This document shows, piece by piece, positions 12,338 to 25,889 of a stretch of 64,000 nucleotides of DNA. The position numbers were made by a program, and so were the translations under genes. Where the stretch lies: NCBI GenBank assembly GCA_964016885.1, contig OZ024744.1, forward strand, positions 74,586,001 through 74,650,000, read 5' to 3'. The notes under the pieces are model-generated. The model was not told the origin of the DNA, did no database searches, and was given only the letters and a program-made list of their open reading frames with translations. This DNA is from Eledone cirrhosa (Eukaryota). The stretch's first letter is position 1; each line of letters begins with the position of its first letter.

Positions 12338-15300
12338 GATTTCTTTATTGACCACAAGGGCTGACATGAAGAAAACATTACAGGCGGCACAGGACGGCAC
12401 AGGACGGTACAGGACTGTACGATGTGGGTGTCGTGCGTGAAAAGATTTTTATTATTTATATAAGAAACGAAAAAGAAAAAAGACATAGAAACATATATAT
12501 ATATAAACAGCAAAAATGAAAATTCAAACAATGAAAAATTCCCCAATAGGGGGAAATCTCCGAGAGTTTCTCCTGGCCAAAACAACACAAAAGACTACGG
12601 CCAGCCTGACCACCAGGGCAAGCGCTCTCTCTCAATGCTTCCATTTCTCAAACTATAGACGTATATTCAGAGCGGTCCCGTTCACTCGGACCATTCTCGC
12701 TACATTCACCTCTCCACCCTGATTTTCCTCGTCAAGTGAAACTTGAAAAAGTTAATTAGGGATTCGCCGAATAGGAAAGGGTCTGTCTTTAACCCTTTCA
12801 ACATAGTTAACCACACAATCTCTTTCGCCATGGCCACCAGGCAGATAAGAACCGGCTGCTCTTCCTCCTCAAAAGAAGACGATGAGACCATCTGCACAAT
12901 AGACTCAGTCGATAACCGGATCGGTCCTACACGCGACAGCAACTGTTCGACATAGCTCCACAAGTCAGCAATGCTCGGGCCCTGAACGAGTGTGTGCACG
13001 ACGGTTTCGTCGCTCTGCGCGCATGTCGACAGGCTCAGCTGGCGGCACTTTCGAGCCTGTAGGGCTTATCTCGAACCGGCAGTGCGCCCAGGATCTCTCC
13101 GAGAAAGTCATCGCTCTTCCCTCCACTAGTCCTCTATAGAACGTCGAGGTGGATGTTCCACCGATACTGGTGCCCAGCTGGCAGAGGGCGGTGAGCGCCT
13201 GGAGACATTCCAGTTTCCAAGCGCTATCCCTCGGTTTATTCCTGACCCAGCACTGCACCTCCGCCAAGGAGACGAGCTGTGGGAAAACGTTCCTGGCGAA
13301 CGGCGACCACACCTGTTTACCGTCAAGGAAGCACCAGAGATGTCGCAGCCTCAGCGCATGTTTGAGCATCATCAGCCATGGCATGCCCAGTCCCCCACGC
13401 AACGGGTGATGAAAGCATATGGATCGTCTGACCATGGGAGCGTGTCCCTTCCACAAAAAGCGGAAGAGGAGGCGCTCCATTTTGTTGAGAGCGGGGCCGG
13501 GCAAGACGACAGTTAGGCGGTAGCAAATGACGGATGCGATGTAAGCATTCGCCACACGCGCCCAGCCTTTCAGGGACAGCTTCTTCTCGGCCTATTTCTG
13601 GTGAGGGAGGCCACCCTGCTCGTCACCTCGCTCCAGATTTTCTCCATCTGGAGGTCCGGGCCGAACCAGACTCCGAGCAATTTAACCAGTCCGTCCGTCC
13701 AACGCCTAACGACTCTGTAGGACGACATCGACTTGCCTCTCCAGGTGCCGAGCTGCAAGCCCACCGACTTTTCCTGGTTTATCTTGCTCATGTCACCGCT
13801 TCATATTCCTTGAGTGGGGTGCCGAACATCTGGACGTGTCAGGTGCTCGACACCAACACGGTGACGTCTTCGGATTAAGCCGACTCGGATTTCCCGCATC
13901 CTAGTTCAGGTGGGACGCCCCTCGTCGCCCCTAGATTGTGTAGTAACGGCTCCAGAGGCAATACGTACAAGAGGGACGAGAGGGGACCGCATGATGCTGA
14001 ACGGCTGCGACAGGTGACCGTTCACTCTCACAACCGAGCAGATGTCGCTGTGCAACGCAGCGATCTAACCCCTGAAAACGGGCCCGAAACCGGCTGCCTC
14101 GAGGACCGCCGCCAGGTACCGATGATTGACCGTATCGAATACTCCAAATTGATCAGGGTCCCACACTGCCAGGTTCTTTAACCACCCTCTCTACGATGCA
14201 TCGCATGAGGTGGAGGTTGTCGTCTATGGATCTGTCCGGAATGGCGCATGTCTGTTCCTCTCCCACCAGGCCATTGACGGCAAGCGCAAATTTCGTTATA
14301 ACACCTTGGCCAAAATCTTGAACTCTGCGTTTAGCAGGGTTATCGGCCTGAAGTTATCACATACCACTTGTTCGGGTCTTTTCCCAGCAACGCCACCGCT
14401 CCCGGGCTCACAAAACTGGGAATGCTCCCGTTCTACTGACATTTGCAGTAGACGTCTGCCAAGAGGTCACCGAACAAGTCTGGCATAAATGCATAAAGCT
14501 CGTAGCAGAGACCATCAAAACCTGGACATTTACCCTTCGTGCAGTTAGCCATCCTTTCCCTTATTTCACCGGCTGTTATTGGCTTTTCGCAACACTGTGC
14601 TGCGGTCGTCGAGAACCGAGGCATTCCGTCGAGGTATGCACTGAAGTCCATACCCCGATCCGGCCCGCTTCTGCTCCCGAACAGTTAAGCAAATGCTACT
14701 GAAAAGTCTCACACATCTGCTCGGGTTCGAGCAACACACGCCCGTTTTGGTCAGACGGCTTTCGTCTCCTCGTGTTTCAGAGCAGGCGCTATAGCTCTGA
14801 CAAGGCAGCCGTTGAAGAATTGGTCGAGTGCCAATCTCGCCGCTAACACGTCGGTTGCTATGCCTGTCCTAAACGGCCCTTCTAGATTTCTGACTAGCTC
14901 TCCCTTTACTCTATTTTCCTCTATCACTAGTCGTTGGCTAAACCTAATCGACTCTACTTTAATTGCCCTTATCAGGGCGAACCACCACCTGTTGTTGACG
15001 ACATCTCCCGTCAACGCCCGCTAAATTAATACGCTAATCTGGTCTCTGTAACTTTGCGCGCCAGAAAACACGCGTTCAGCTTCCAGTAACCGGGTCCGTA
15101 TCTATGAAGTCTGTCACTGTCGATCTCACAGATCACAAATTTGTGGTCTGTGTAGTCGACTATTTTAAATTAGCCTTATCTAGTTCCCTGCAGAATACCC
15201 TATCTAGATACGATCTGGATGACCCGATGCGGTTTGTCCATGTCTACATTGGCACATTCGAGTGATCCAGTCGATACCTGTCAGACAATTCAAAACGTCT

Positions 15301-17490
15301 GAGCGGGTTGTTGAGGCTCTTGCACCCTCCTCCCCTATCCACTAGCCCCACACAATCTCAGCGTCCATCCAAGATACCGTTGCAGTCACTGAAGGGCGGG
15401 ACATCCCAGAAAGGTCTCTAGACGTCTGAAGAAATCTGGCCGTCCTGCCCCTGTCGGGGCATAGACGGCTACTAGCCTGAAAGCGTAGCCTTCGGTGCCG
15501 TTCACGTCCAGCACCACTGACTTACCTTCTGGGTCTAGGAAGATAGTCCGTATGGCGAGACCCAAGCCTTTCCGAAACAATACAGCCACTCCGCCCCCGC
15601 TCCCAGACGGCTCGAAGAAGCGTACACCTCGTAACCGTCGAAGATCGGTGCGAAAGATTGCATTTCGGAGATTCTCGTCTCGCTGCTGACCATTACATCT
15701 ATGTTTAGTAACATGAGATAGTTAAGCAAGTGACCCTGCTTCCAAACCGAGCTCAAGCCACGCACGTTTACACTTCCGATCCAGAATACGGCAATGTTGG
15801 GTGAGGAACGGGGCAAGTGAGAAAGGATCACTTACCTTGATCGACTGGCGAAGAGACCGTTGAACCGTACCTTCGGCTGGTCGTCGTCTCTTCTGTGAGT
15901 ATATCCGAGTATACTCTCCGGTTTAGTGTCGCTCCTAGGTCTCTGAAATCACTAACTGCGTTGGGGTATTTAATTTTAATGTTAGTGTATTGTTTCGGTG
16001 ATATTCTTACCAGTCTTATGTTCGTTGGTGACTTGATTGGTGCTGGTATTATGTAGTCTTGCTGTGAAATGTCTGTGTTCAATTATGTAAGTCATTAGTT
16101 TCTTGTTGTGTGTATTTAATGATGTGCATTTCTTTTGTTGGTGGTGGGGTGGGATTTTTCTGATTTCTTGTCGTTGTTGCTGGGTGTGTTTTTGTTGTTG
16201 TTGTGTTTGCGATGTTGGTGTTTGTGGTGGTGTTGTTGAACGTGTTATTGTTGGCGGCTCGGTTGGCGCCGGTGGTGATGGTAGTGCTAGTGTGGGTGGT
16301 GATGGTGTTGGTGGTGTTGCTGCTGTAAGTTTTTTGCAGTAGCCTTCACCCATTTTTCATCTCTTCCCTCCCTTCTCGAAGGCGACGATATGCTGCTTCT
16401 CCGTTTGTGCCTTCTTGCGACCTTTTGCCATCCCTCTCCCACCTCACACTCCATGTCCGATTCTGTGAGGTCGGGGAGAAGTACCAGTTCCACTCTTTCA
16501 CTTGTTGTTGTTGGTGATGGTTGCAGTGGAGTAACTGTTGCACTGCAGTTGGTATTATTGTTGTTGATACTTCCATTGTTGCTGCTGTTTTTTATTTCCA
16601 TAGCGTGGTTATGGCGGCCACGGACATATCCTTCCCGCTTGCCGCTTGTCCTGTTGTTGGTACCAGTGGAGCCGGTTTCGGAAGCAGGAGGGTTTTCTCC
16701 TTTCTCAGGGTATTTTCAATGCAGAAGGCCCTGAGGTGAGTCTTCGACCCACAGCGAAAGAATTTCGGTCGTTTGCCGTCAACTTTTATGGGAAGTTGCG
16801 TGCCGTTATCGTAGTCTATCACATCCGGGATAGCTTCGATACACTCCTGGTCCGTTTGAATTAAATTCTCAATGGAGGCGCCGACCCAAACTTCTCGTAC
16901 TTTTTTCTGTATTTGCAGTATGGTTGTTTTATCCTCGATCTCGATTCCGACGAGGACAAACGCGGCTAACCAAGAGGTTGGGGGGGGGGGGGGATTTGGT
17001 TCAGTTTGACCCTCACAATTTTTTGCCCGCAGTAGGAGGGCACCACCACCATTTCATCGATCCTTAGGGTCACTAAGGATTGAGCCTTTGCCTGCTGGGG
17101 TGTGGCAAAAAGCACTTCCATGGTGGCATATTTATTGCCTCGGGTGATATGCATTATATGCTGCCACACAGACCCTAAGGTATTTGAGCCTCTGTGGCTC
17201 TTTCAACCCTACGTGATTTTGTGCTTACTGTACGGTACGTGGCCGTACAGTGCTGTTGGATTTCGAAAAATTCTTCGGCTGCCTTGCAGATTACTCGGTG
17301 TCCGGTTTGCGTCACCATCTTCCTTGCTTCATGTAATTCTTCGTTTGTTATGGTTTTCAGATTCTTTGCGATACCTGTAAACGAGATTGGTTTTTCTTTC
17401 TTGTTGTCGTCAGAGCTGCTGTTACCTTTGTTGTTGCTGCTGGTACTACGACCACCGCCGCCGATGCTGCTGTTGCTGTTGTTGTTGCTG

Positions 17491-17543
<53 letters not shown>

Positions 17544-18167
17544 CTTGCTAATGCTGCTGCTGATGTTGTTGCGGCTGCTACTTATATTTTTCTCGCCACT
17601 GTTGCTATTGCTGCTGTTATTACGGCTGTTGCTGCTATTCTTCATGACGTCAGACGAATGAAATGGCTTTCCGTATTTACCGCACACATCTTTCGTTGTC
17701 GTCGTCGTGGAGAAATGTTCCACGGCACGCGCGTTCTCTTGATTAAGAACACTACGAGAAACTACATTTTTCTTTTTCTTTAATGGCGTCGCTTGCGAAA
17801 GAGGCGACAGAGGCGACACCACACTTAGAGAAGAGAGGGAGAGAGACAATCTTTTCTGTGACATAATGACGATTGGAGAAGAAGAAGAAGGCGGAAGGAG
17901 TGGGAGTGACTTGTGAAAATTCTTTTTTGTAGCCATGTTTTTTTACGGTTTTGTTGTTTTTTAAAATGAGTATTGGGCACAAATCCCCAATAACTGGTTA
18001 TTTAACCCGGAAGCGCCAAATAAGGGGATGAAAGACCCCTGTCACGAGGAGGAGGGTGTCTTTATCTACAATTTGGTGCAAGTTTTAAACAATTTACAAT
18101 TGTTACAACGGTTAAAAATTACAATACCTTACAGAGCCTAGCCTCCGTCAACCATGGCATTCAGCAA
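12338..18167 (-). mobile_element. Tx1/L1-clade LINE, subfamily B, near full length with internal deletions
   Basis: ORF1 remnants 15828-17936 (FFRCGSKTHLRAFC knuckle), ORF2 remnants about 12653-15795 (GSVNVRGL, KCPGFDGL), 3' end AATAAAGAAATC followed by (ATT)n. Confidence 0.92.
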
Positions 18168-18189
18168 TAGTAAAAATAATAATAATAAA

Positions 18190-19608
18190 ACTTTCTTTAT
18201 TAATCACAAGGGTTTACACAAAGTAAGACATTAAGGACTATACAGGACAATACAGGACAATACAGGACAATGCCGGACAATACAGGACGGTACAAATGGG
18301 CATTTCTGCGTGTAAAAAAAAAAATACAGAAGATGTAACAAAAAAAAGCAATGAAAAATTCCCCAATAGGGGGGAGGGATTTCCGAGGGACATTCGTGGA
18401 GAAAGCCAATTAAAAAGCCACAGTGACCCTGACCACCAGGGCAAGAGCCTTCTCCCAGTTTTCCACCTTCATTTTACAGGCACATACTCAGAGTAGGCCC
18501 ATTCACACGGGCCATTCTTGCCTCTCTCACCCATCTTTCAACAAAATGTTGGAAAGAGAGCACTTCCTTCTCTACCATGATTTTCCTTTTCAAATGAAAT
18601 TTGAAAAAGGTTAATCAGGGCATCACCGAAGCGGTACGAGCTCGTCCTCATCCCTTTCAAACGTGTCCACCATACTATCTCTTTCGCCATGGCCACCAGA
18701 CAGATAAAAACTTCCTGCCCTTCCTGGCTAAAGGAAGAGGGCGGGGCAATCCTCACGGTGGACTCAGCTGATAGCCGGATCCGTTCAGAACGCGACAGCA
18801 GGTGTTCGACATAAACCCACAAGTCAGCAATGCTCGGACACTGGACGAGTGCTTGCAGGACGGTTTCGTCGCCCTGCGCGCATCTCGGACATGCCCGGCT
18901 GACGGCACCTCCATGCCTGTAGAGTTTATCCCGAACTGGCAAAGCTCCTCGGTAGCACTGCCAGCCCAGGGATTTCTGGAAGTTGTCCATAGGCCCCAGT
19001 TCGAAAGTTCTTCCGAGGAGATTGGCTAGTTGATTTTCGTCGACGCCTAGAGTTTCCCCAAGTACGTCGTCGATCTTCCCGTCCACTAATTCTCTATAGA
19101 ACGCCAAGGTGGAGTTTCCACCGATCACATTGCCTGATTGGTCGAGGGCTGTGAGCGGCTGAAGACATTCTAGTCTCCAAGCGCTCCCTCTAGGTCTTCG
19201 CTTGGTCCAGGACTGCAGCTCCGTCAAGGAGACGAGCTGGGGAAAGACGCGTCTAGCAAACAGTGACCACACCTGATCACCGTCGAGGAAGAGGAGATGT
19301 TATAGCCTGAGCGCGTGTCTGCGCATCATCAGCCCCGGCATTCCCAGCCCTCCACGTAGCGGGTGTTGACAGCAGATGGACCGCCTGACCATCGGAGTGC
19401 GTCCCTTCCACAAAAAGCGAAAGAGCAAACGCTCCAGCGCAGTCAGGCGGGGCTTAGGACAATTTACGACGGTCAGGCGGTAGTAGATAACGGACGCGAT
19501 ATACGCGTTAGCCACCTCCACTCGACCATTTGGGGATAGCTTCCTCTCTGCCCATTTCTGGTTGAGAGAAGCCACCCTGCTCGTCACCTCGTCCCAGTTT
19601 TTGTCCGT
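18190..19608 (-). mobile_element. Tx1 subfamily B 3' fragment (5'-truncated)
   Basis: ORFs 19300-19587 and 18538-19272 match the ORF2 C-terminus; AATAAAGAAAG followed by a (TTA)n tail abutting the 5' end of the next copy. Confidence 0.92.
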
Positions 19609-21376
19609 CTTATACCATTAAGTAAAATGCTCAACGAAACAAAACATGGATATAAAGTCTATGACAAAACCGTTAATCACTTGTTCTACATGGATGACCT
19701 GAAACTATTTTCAAAAAATGATGAACAATGGCAAGGGCTATTATCCACTGTGGAGCAGTTCAGTGATGACATTAACATGGCGTTTGGACTAGATAAATGC
19801 GCCAAGAAACGTTCACCAGAGGAAAGGTGCTCAAAAGTTAAGACATTAATCTTGATCGGGGGAATGTGATAAAAGAACTTGATCAAGAGGAAACTTACAA
19901 ATATCTAGGTGTTTGTGAAGGAGACGGAATCAAGCACTCGACAATGAGGGAAAGGATAAGGAAGGAATGTTACCGCAGAGTAAGAGCAATCTTAAGAACC
20001 GAATTGAATGCAAGGAATAGGATCGATGCCATAAACACGCTTGCCATACCAGTAGTAACCTACAGTTACAATGTCATCAACTGGTCAAGCACAGAGATCC
20101 GTAGGCTCGATACAAAAATCCGAAAATTCTTAACCATGCACAGAATGCATCACCCTAAGGCAGACATAGATAGAATATATCTCCCTAGGAAAGAAGGAGG
20201 ACGTGGGTTAATCCAGTTAGACATTGCGTTGAAAACTGCAACAATTGGATTATCCACATATCTAAGGGAATCACATGATTGGATGATCAAACTCGTTTTG
20301 AAACACGAAAGCACCAAAAGATCATATTCCATTACAAAAGATGCACAAAGATACAGTAATGGACTACAAATTTCAGAAGTCCCATTTACTGCTGAAATGG
20401 AAAACACAGAAAAAGCAAAGCAGGTAAAAGTAACTGCAAAGAAAGAACTGCTACAGAAACTGGCTAAGAAATGGCAAGAAAAGCCTCTGTATGGAAAATA
20501 CCCAGAGCGAGCTAACAATCCTGATGTTGACAAAAATTTAACCCATCAGTGGTTGGCATCCTCTGGACTGAAATCGGAGACTGAAGGACTGATTATATCC
20601 GCACAAGATCAGTGTCTGCCAACAAAAAATTACCAAGCCAACATAATAAAAAATGGGTGCAGCCCATTATGCCGTGTATGCAAAAAACAACCAGAGACCA
20701 TTGACCATATAATTTCAATGTGCAGTCCTATAGCTCCAACCGAATACCTAAACAGGCATGACAGAGCTGCACAATACATACATTGGATAATGTGTAAGCA
20801 TTTTGACCTGCCCCATCAAAAGAATTGGTGGGAGCATCAACCACCTCCCATACTTGAAAAAGATCACATCTCAATCTTGTGGAACTTTAGCATCCAAACA
20901 GACCGAAAAATAGATGCAAATAGACCTGATATAATATTGAAGGACTTTCAAAGGTGGGTATGCCTGCTAATTGATATGTCTGTTCCAATAGACAAGAATG
21001 TATCTATAAAAACATTTGAAAAATTGAGCAAGTATAAGGACCTGGAGATGGAAATTGGAAAAATGTGGAAATTGAGAACTAAAACAATACCAGTGGTTGT
21101 AGGCGCTCTGGGAATGATACCTAAGGGGTCTAAAGACTACTTATCGCAAATCCCAGGAAACCCGCGTATAGGAGAAATACAAAAGATAGTACTAATGGGA
21201 ACTGCCCATATACTAAGGAAGATCCTGTCAATATAAGTACATCACAAGTCTAAACACTAAGGATGCATGTGTAAATATGTATGTTCTTTCTTGAACATGG
21301 CGGACCTTGTTGTCTCTTGAGGTCACTGGTTGTGACTTGGTGATAACTCGTATAAACATAAAGCAAGATAAATGCA

Positions 21377-21432
<56 letters not shown>
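19609..21432 (+). mobile_element. R4/Dong-type RLE non-LTR retrotransposon, 5'-truncated
   Basis: HLFYMDDLK, YKYLGV, GGRGL, CRVC..ETIDHIISMC, RHD, RPDIILKD..LLID, EKLSKYKDL; ends in a long (AAT)n. Confidence 0.92.
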
Positions 21433-21433
<1 letters not shown>

Positions 21434-24183
21434 TAAAAACAAGAAAGAGCAGAGCCGTGGTGGAAGAAGCGACTGAGTGGGCAAATCGGGGAAATGAGAA
21501 ATGACATAGGAAAGCTTGAGTCACTACTGAATGGGACACTAAAAAACATAGGCACTAAAAATAGACTGGAAATAAAATACAAAACTAGGAGTAAAAAGCT
21601 AAATATTATCATAGAGGAATTGAAGCAACGCATTGTAGCAAAGAGTGCCAAAATCAGGCGATACGAGAACAGAGTCAGTCAGTATAAACAGAACCGCATG
21701 TTCGACAACAACCAGAAGATGTTGTTTGGACAGCTTGAGGGGAAAGAAAGAGGCAACGACTTGATCCCTGGGGCGGAACAAGCTAAAACATTCTGGAGAG
21801 GAATATGGGAGCAGGATGTTAGACACAATGCCCAGGCAGGGTGGATTGAGACAGTACAGAGGGAGATCGGTGAGCAGGCACAGCAACAGACTGATTTGAG
21901 TATCACAGTTGAAACTCTTAAGGGGCAAGCCAAAAAACTAACCAACTGGAAATCACCAGGCCCAGATGGTGTGCAGGGGTATTGGATTAAACATTTAACA
22001 TCCCTCCACCCGAAGCTGACGGCCATGTTCAATGACTGCTTGGTGTCGGGTGAGGTGCCAGAGTGGTTGACAAAAGGTACCACAGTTCTGATAATGAAAG
22101 ACCGAATCAAGGGTAATGATGTTACCAACTATAGACCTATCACATGTCTGCCCGTAATGTGGAAACTGTTGACGAGCATTGTGTCTGAGGAAATCTACCA
22201 TCACCTCCACACAAACAACTTGTTGCCGGACGAACAGAAAGGATGCCGAAAGAAGTCACGTGGTACAAAGGACCAGTTGCTTATTGATAAGATGGTAATG
22301 GGGAATTGCAGGAGGAGACACACTGATCTTGCCATGGGATGGATAGACTACAGAAAGGCATTTGACATGGTGCCTCATTCCTGGATCACCAAAAGCCTGG
22401 AGATCTTCAGGGTGGCAGATAACATCAGACAGTTGCTGGGCAGGAGTATGGGGTCCTGGGAGACAGAGTTGACATCAACTGGAGTATCCTTGGGAAGCGT
22501 GAAGATCAAGAGAGGTATCTTCCAGGGAGATAGCCTGTCCCCTCTGTTGTTTGTCCTTGCCCTGATGCCCTTGACCATTATGCTGCGAAAAGTGAGAGCA
22601 GGATACAAGTTGGGAAGGGGAGAGCTTACCATCAATCACCTCCTCTTCATGGACGATCTTAAGCTCTTCGGGAAAAGTGAGAAGGAGTTGGATGTGCTTG
22701 TTGACACTGTCCGTATTTTCAGCAGTGATATATGTATGCAGTTTGGTATTGGTAAATGTGGAGTCATTGTGATGAGGAGGGGTAGGTTGAGCAGAAGTAA
22801 CGGGATCCAGATACCAACAGGTGAGATGATAAAGGAAATTGACTCTGAGGAAGGATACAAGTATTTGGGCGTTCTGGAGGCTGATGGCATAAAGAACAAA
22901 AAAATGAAGGAATTGTTAAGAACTGAATACATTCGGAGAGTAAGGAGCGTATTGAAGTCACATCTGAACAGCAGAAATGCCATAAGCGCAGTAAATTCCC
23001 GAGCTGTGTCTATTATTAGGTACAGTGCGGGAATTCTGAGATGGAATGTTGCTGAACAAAAAGAAATGGATAGGAAGACTAGGAAGCTATTGACTATCTA
23101 CATGTTCCACAAGAGGAGTGATGTCGATAGACTCTACCTAAGGAGATCTGAGGGTGGAAGAGGTCTTATCAGCATAGAGGACTGTGTTCAGATGGAGAAA
23201 AACAACCTATACAAATACGTGACCTATAGTAAGGAGCCAATGCTTAGAGCTGTACTGAAGGAGGGGACAGTAGGCCAGGGGATACCCAAGGAGGAAATAA
23301 CATCAAGGAGGAAGAGCAGCCTTAAGGGAAAATCCCTTCATAGTACCTTCTTTGAGAAAACTGAATTTAGAGATCCACAGACATGGAACTGGTTGAGAAG
23401 AGGAGACCTCAAAAAGGCTACAGAAGGAATGCTAATGGCTGCGCAGGAGCAGGCCCTCAAAACGAAGTGGTTGAAGCACCATATCTACAAGGAGGAGGCT
23501 AGCCCACTGTGCAGGATCTGTGGAGAGAGAGAGGAGACTGTGGCTCACATTGTGTCCGAGTGTAAACACCTAGCCCAGACCCACTATAAGGGCTGGAGAC
23601 ACGATGTGATGGGCAGGGTGATCCACTGGCACCTGTGCAAAGTAAACAATCTACCACATTCTGAGAAATGGTATGAGCATAGGCCAGAGGCGGTGATGGA
23701 GAACAGTCAGGTGAAGGTGCTGTGGGATTTTAGGATACAGACGGACAAAAAACTGGAACACAATAGACCTGACCTGGTGGTTGTGGACAAAGAAAAAAGA
23801 TCGTGCCTGATTGTGGATGTGGCCTGCCCGTTCGACACGAGAGTGCAAGAGAAGGAGAGGGAGAAAATTAACCGATACCAGGACCTAAAGTGGGAGGTGA
23901 AAAGGATTTGGAACTGCCATGAAGTCAAAGTGATCCCGATTGTCATAGGCGCACTGGGGACTATCTCCAAAGGTTTCCAGGGATGGTTAAAGAAAATCGG
24001 CCCCTTCACGCTTTTTGGAACGCTTCAAAAGGCATGCTTGCTTGGAACGGCAAGAACATTCCGATACGTCCTGAATATCTGAGGCTGCAGGTAGTGGCTT
24101 GATATTCAATCCAACGGACTTTCCAGTTAACCAACATCAATGACTGAGATTCAAGGAATAACAATAACAATAATAATAATAAT
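21433..24183 (+). mobile_element. R4/Dong-type RLE retrotransposon, second family, 5'-truncated
   Basis: Begins immediately after the (AAT)n tail of the previous element; single long ORF, short 3'UTR, (AAT)n-like tail. Confidence 0.93.
21494..24082 (+). CDS. Reverse transcriptase with CCHC knuckle and restriction-like endonuclease (N-terminus missing)
   Basis: 862 aa uninterrupted: KSPGPDG, YRPITCL, DYRKAFD, QGDSLSP, FMDD, CRIC..H...C, RHD, RPDLVVVD..IVD, KINRY. Confidence 0.9.
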   Translation: MRNDIGKLESLLNGTLKNIGTKNRLEIKYKTRSKKLNIIIEELKQRIVAKSAKIRRYENRVSQYKQNRMFDNNQKMLFGQLEGKERGNDLIPGAEQAKTFWRGIWEQDVRHNAQAGWIETVQREIGEQAQQQTDLSITVETLKGQAKKLTNWKSPGPDGVQGYWIKHLTSLHPKLTAMFNDCLVSGEVPEWLTKGTTVLIMKDRIKGNDVTNYRPITCLPVMWKLLTSIVSEEIYHHLHTNNLLPDEQKGCRKKSRGTKDQLLIDKMVMGNCRRRHTDLAMGWIDYRKAFDMVPHSWITKSLEIFRVADNIRQLLGRSMGSWETELTSTGVSLGSVKIKRGIFQGDSLSPLLFVLALMPLTIMLRKVRAGYKLGRGELTINHLLFMDDLKLFGKSEKELDVLVDTVRIFSSDICMQFGIGKCGVIVMRRGRLSRSNGIQIPTGEMIKEIDSEEGYKYLGVLEADGIKNKKMKELLRTEYIRRVRSVLKSHLNSRNAISAVNSRAVSIIRYSAGILRWNVAEQKEMDRKTRKLLTIYMFHKRSDVDRLYLRRSEGGRGLISIEDCVQMEKNNLYKYVTYSKEPMLRAVLKEGTVGQGIPKEEITSRRKSSLKGKSLHSTFFEKTEFRDPQTWNWLRRGDLKKATEGMLMAAQEQALKTKWLKHHIYKEEASPLCRICGEREETVAHIVSECKHLAQTHYKGWRHDVMGRVIHWHLCKVNNLPHSEKWYEHRPEAVMENSQVKVLWDFRIQTDKKLEHNRPDLVVVDKEKRSCLIVDVACPFDTRVQEKEREKINRYQDLKWEVKRIWNCHEVKVIPIVIGALGTISKGFQGWLKKIGPFTLFGTLQKACLLGTARTFRYVLNI

Positions 24184-24850
24184 GATTTCTTTATTGGCCA
24201 CAAGGGCTGATATTGAGAAAAACATTACAGACGGCACAGGACGGTACAAGACGGTACGATGTGGGTTTTGTGCGTGTAAAGATTTTTATTATTTATATAA
24301 GAAACGAACAAGAAAAGTGATATAGAATCAAATATATATATATAAACAATAAAAATGAAAATTCAAACAATGAAAAATTCCCCAATAGGGGGGAAAACTC
24401 CGAGGGTTACTCCTGGCGAAAATCACACAAAACACCACGGCCACCCTGACCACCAGTGCAAGCAATTTTTCCATTCCTCAATTTTTCCATTCCTCAAACT
24501 ACAGCTTATATTCAGAGCGTTCCCGTTTACTCGGACCATTCTGCACAATGGACACAGTCGATAACCGGATCGGTCCTACACGCGACAACAACTGTTCGAC
24601 ATAGCTCCACAAGTCAGCAATGCTCGGGCACTGAACGTGTGCGTGCAAGACGGTTTCGTCGTTCTGCGCGTATGTCGGACAGGCTCGGCTGACGGCACTT
24701 CCCTTCCTGTAGAGCTTATCTCAAACCAGCAATGCTCCCTGGTAGCACTGCCAGGCCAAGGATTTCTGGAAGTTTTCCTGGGCTGAAAGTTCTCCGGAAG
24801 AGAGCAAACAGCTGAACTTCTTCGACGCCCAGGATCTCTCCGAAAACGTC
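24184..24850 (-). mobile_element. Tx1 subfamily B 3' fragment with internal deletions
   Basis: Highly similar to 12338-13110; same AATAAAGAAATC and (ATT)n end. Confidence 0.88.
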
Positions 24851-24857
24851 AATAATA

Positions 24858-25636
24858 TTAGAAATCCACAGACATGGAACTGGTTAAAAAGAGAACTGGT
24901 TAAAAAGGCTACAGAAGGAATGCTAATGCCTGCGCAAGAGCAAGCCCTCGATATTGACAAGGAGGAGGGTAGCTCACTGTGCAGGATCTGTGGAGAGAGA
25001 GAGAGGAGACTGTGGCTCACATTGTTTCCGAGCGTAAACACCCAGACTCACTATAAAGGCTAGAGACATGATGTGATAGGCAGGGTGATCCACTAGCATC
25101 TATGCAAATTAAACAATTTACCACATTCTGAGAAGTGGTATGAGCATAAGCAAGAGTCGGTGATATAAAATGATCAGGTGAAGTTGCTATGGGATTTTAG
25201 GATACAGATGGACAAGAAATTAGAACACTATAGGCCTGACTTGGTGGTTTTGGACAAGGGGAAAAGATCGTTCCTGATTGTAGATATAGCCTGCCCATTT
25301 CACGCGAGAGTGCAAGAAAAGGAGAGGGAGAAATTTACCGATACCAGGATTTAAAGTTGGAGTTAAAAAGGATTTGGAACTGCCATAAAATCAAGGTCGT
25401 CCCGATTGACATAGGCGCACTAGATACTATCTCAAAGAGTTTCCAATGATGGTTAAAAAAGATTAGTCGAACCCCGCTTTTTGGAACACTTCAAAAGGCA
25501 TGATTGCTGGGAACAGCAAGAATCCTCCGATACATCCTGAATACCTGAGGCTGCAGGTAGCGGCTTGATATTCATTTCAACAAATTTTCCAGTTAAATAA
25601 CATCAATGACTGAGACTCAAAGAACACTAATAATAA
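24858..25636 (+). mobile_element. Decayed 3' fragment of the 21433-24183 R4/Dong family
   Basis: Aligns by eye with 23367-24160, including the 3'UTR (CTGAGGCTGCAGGTAG..TGACTGAGA); contains stops. Confidence 0.9.
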
Positions 25637-25885
25637 ACCAAAGATATATACTTTATATCATCTCTATTTATTTCATTATATATATTTCGGAGATGTAAAG
25701 TTTTATGTATAACATAAAGCAAAATATGTCTTCCTCAGATAAAAAGCATAGAAAATGTATAATTCTTTCCTGATAAACTGGTAGACAAACGAACAGGACA
25801 GATCGGTGACCACCAAGCATATAACTAGAAAAACCTCAACACATAAGGAGGTTACGTGACTGGGAGAAAACATTACATTTGGTTT
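25636..25885 (+). repeat. Left arm of a ~250-bp inverted repeat (partner 27645-27890)
   Basis: For example GGTGACCACCAAGCATAT.ACTAGAAAAACCTCAACA here versus its reverse complement near 27690-27726. Confidence 0.85.
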
Positions 25886-25889
25886 TAAT

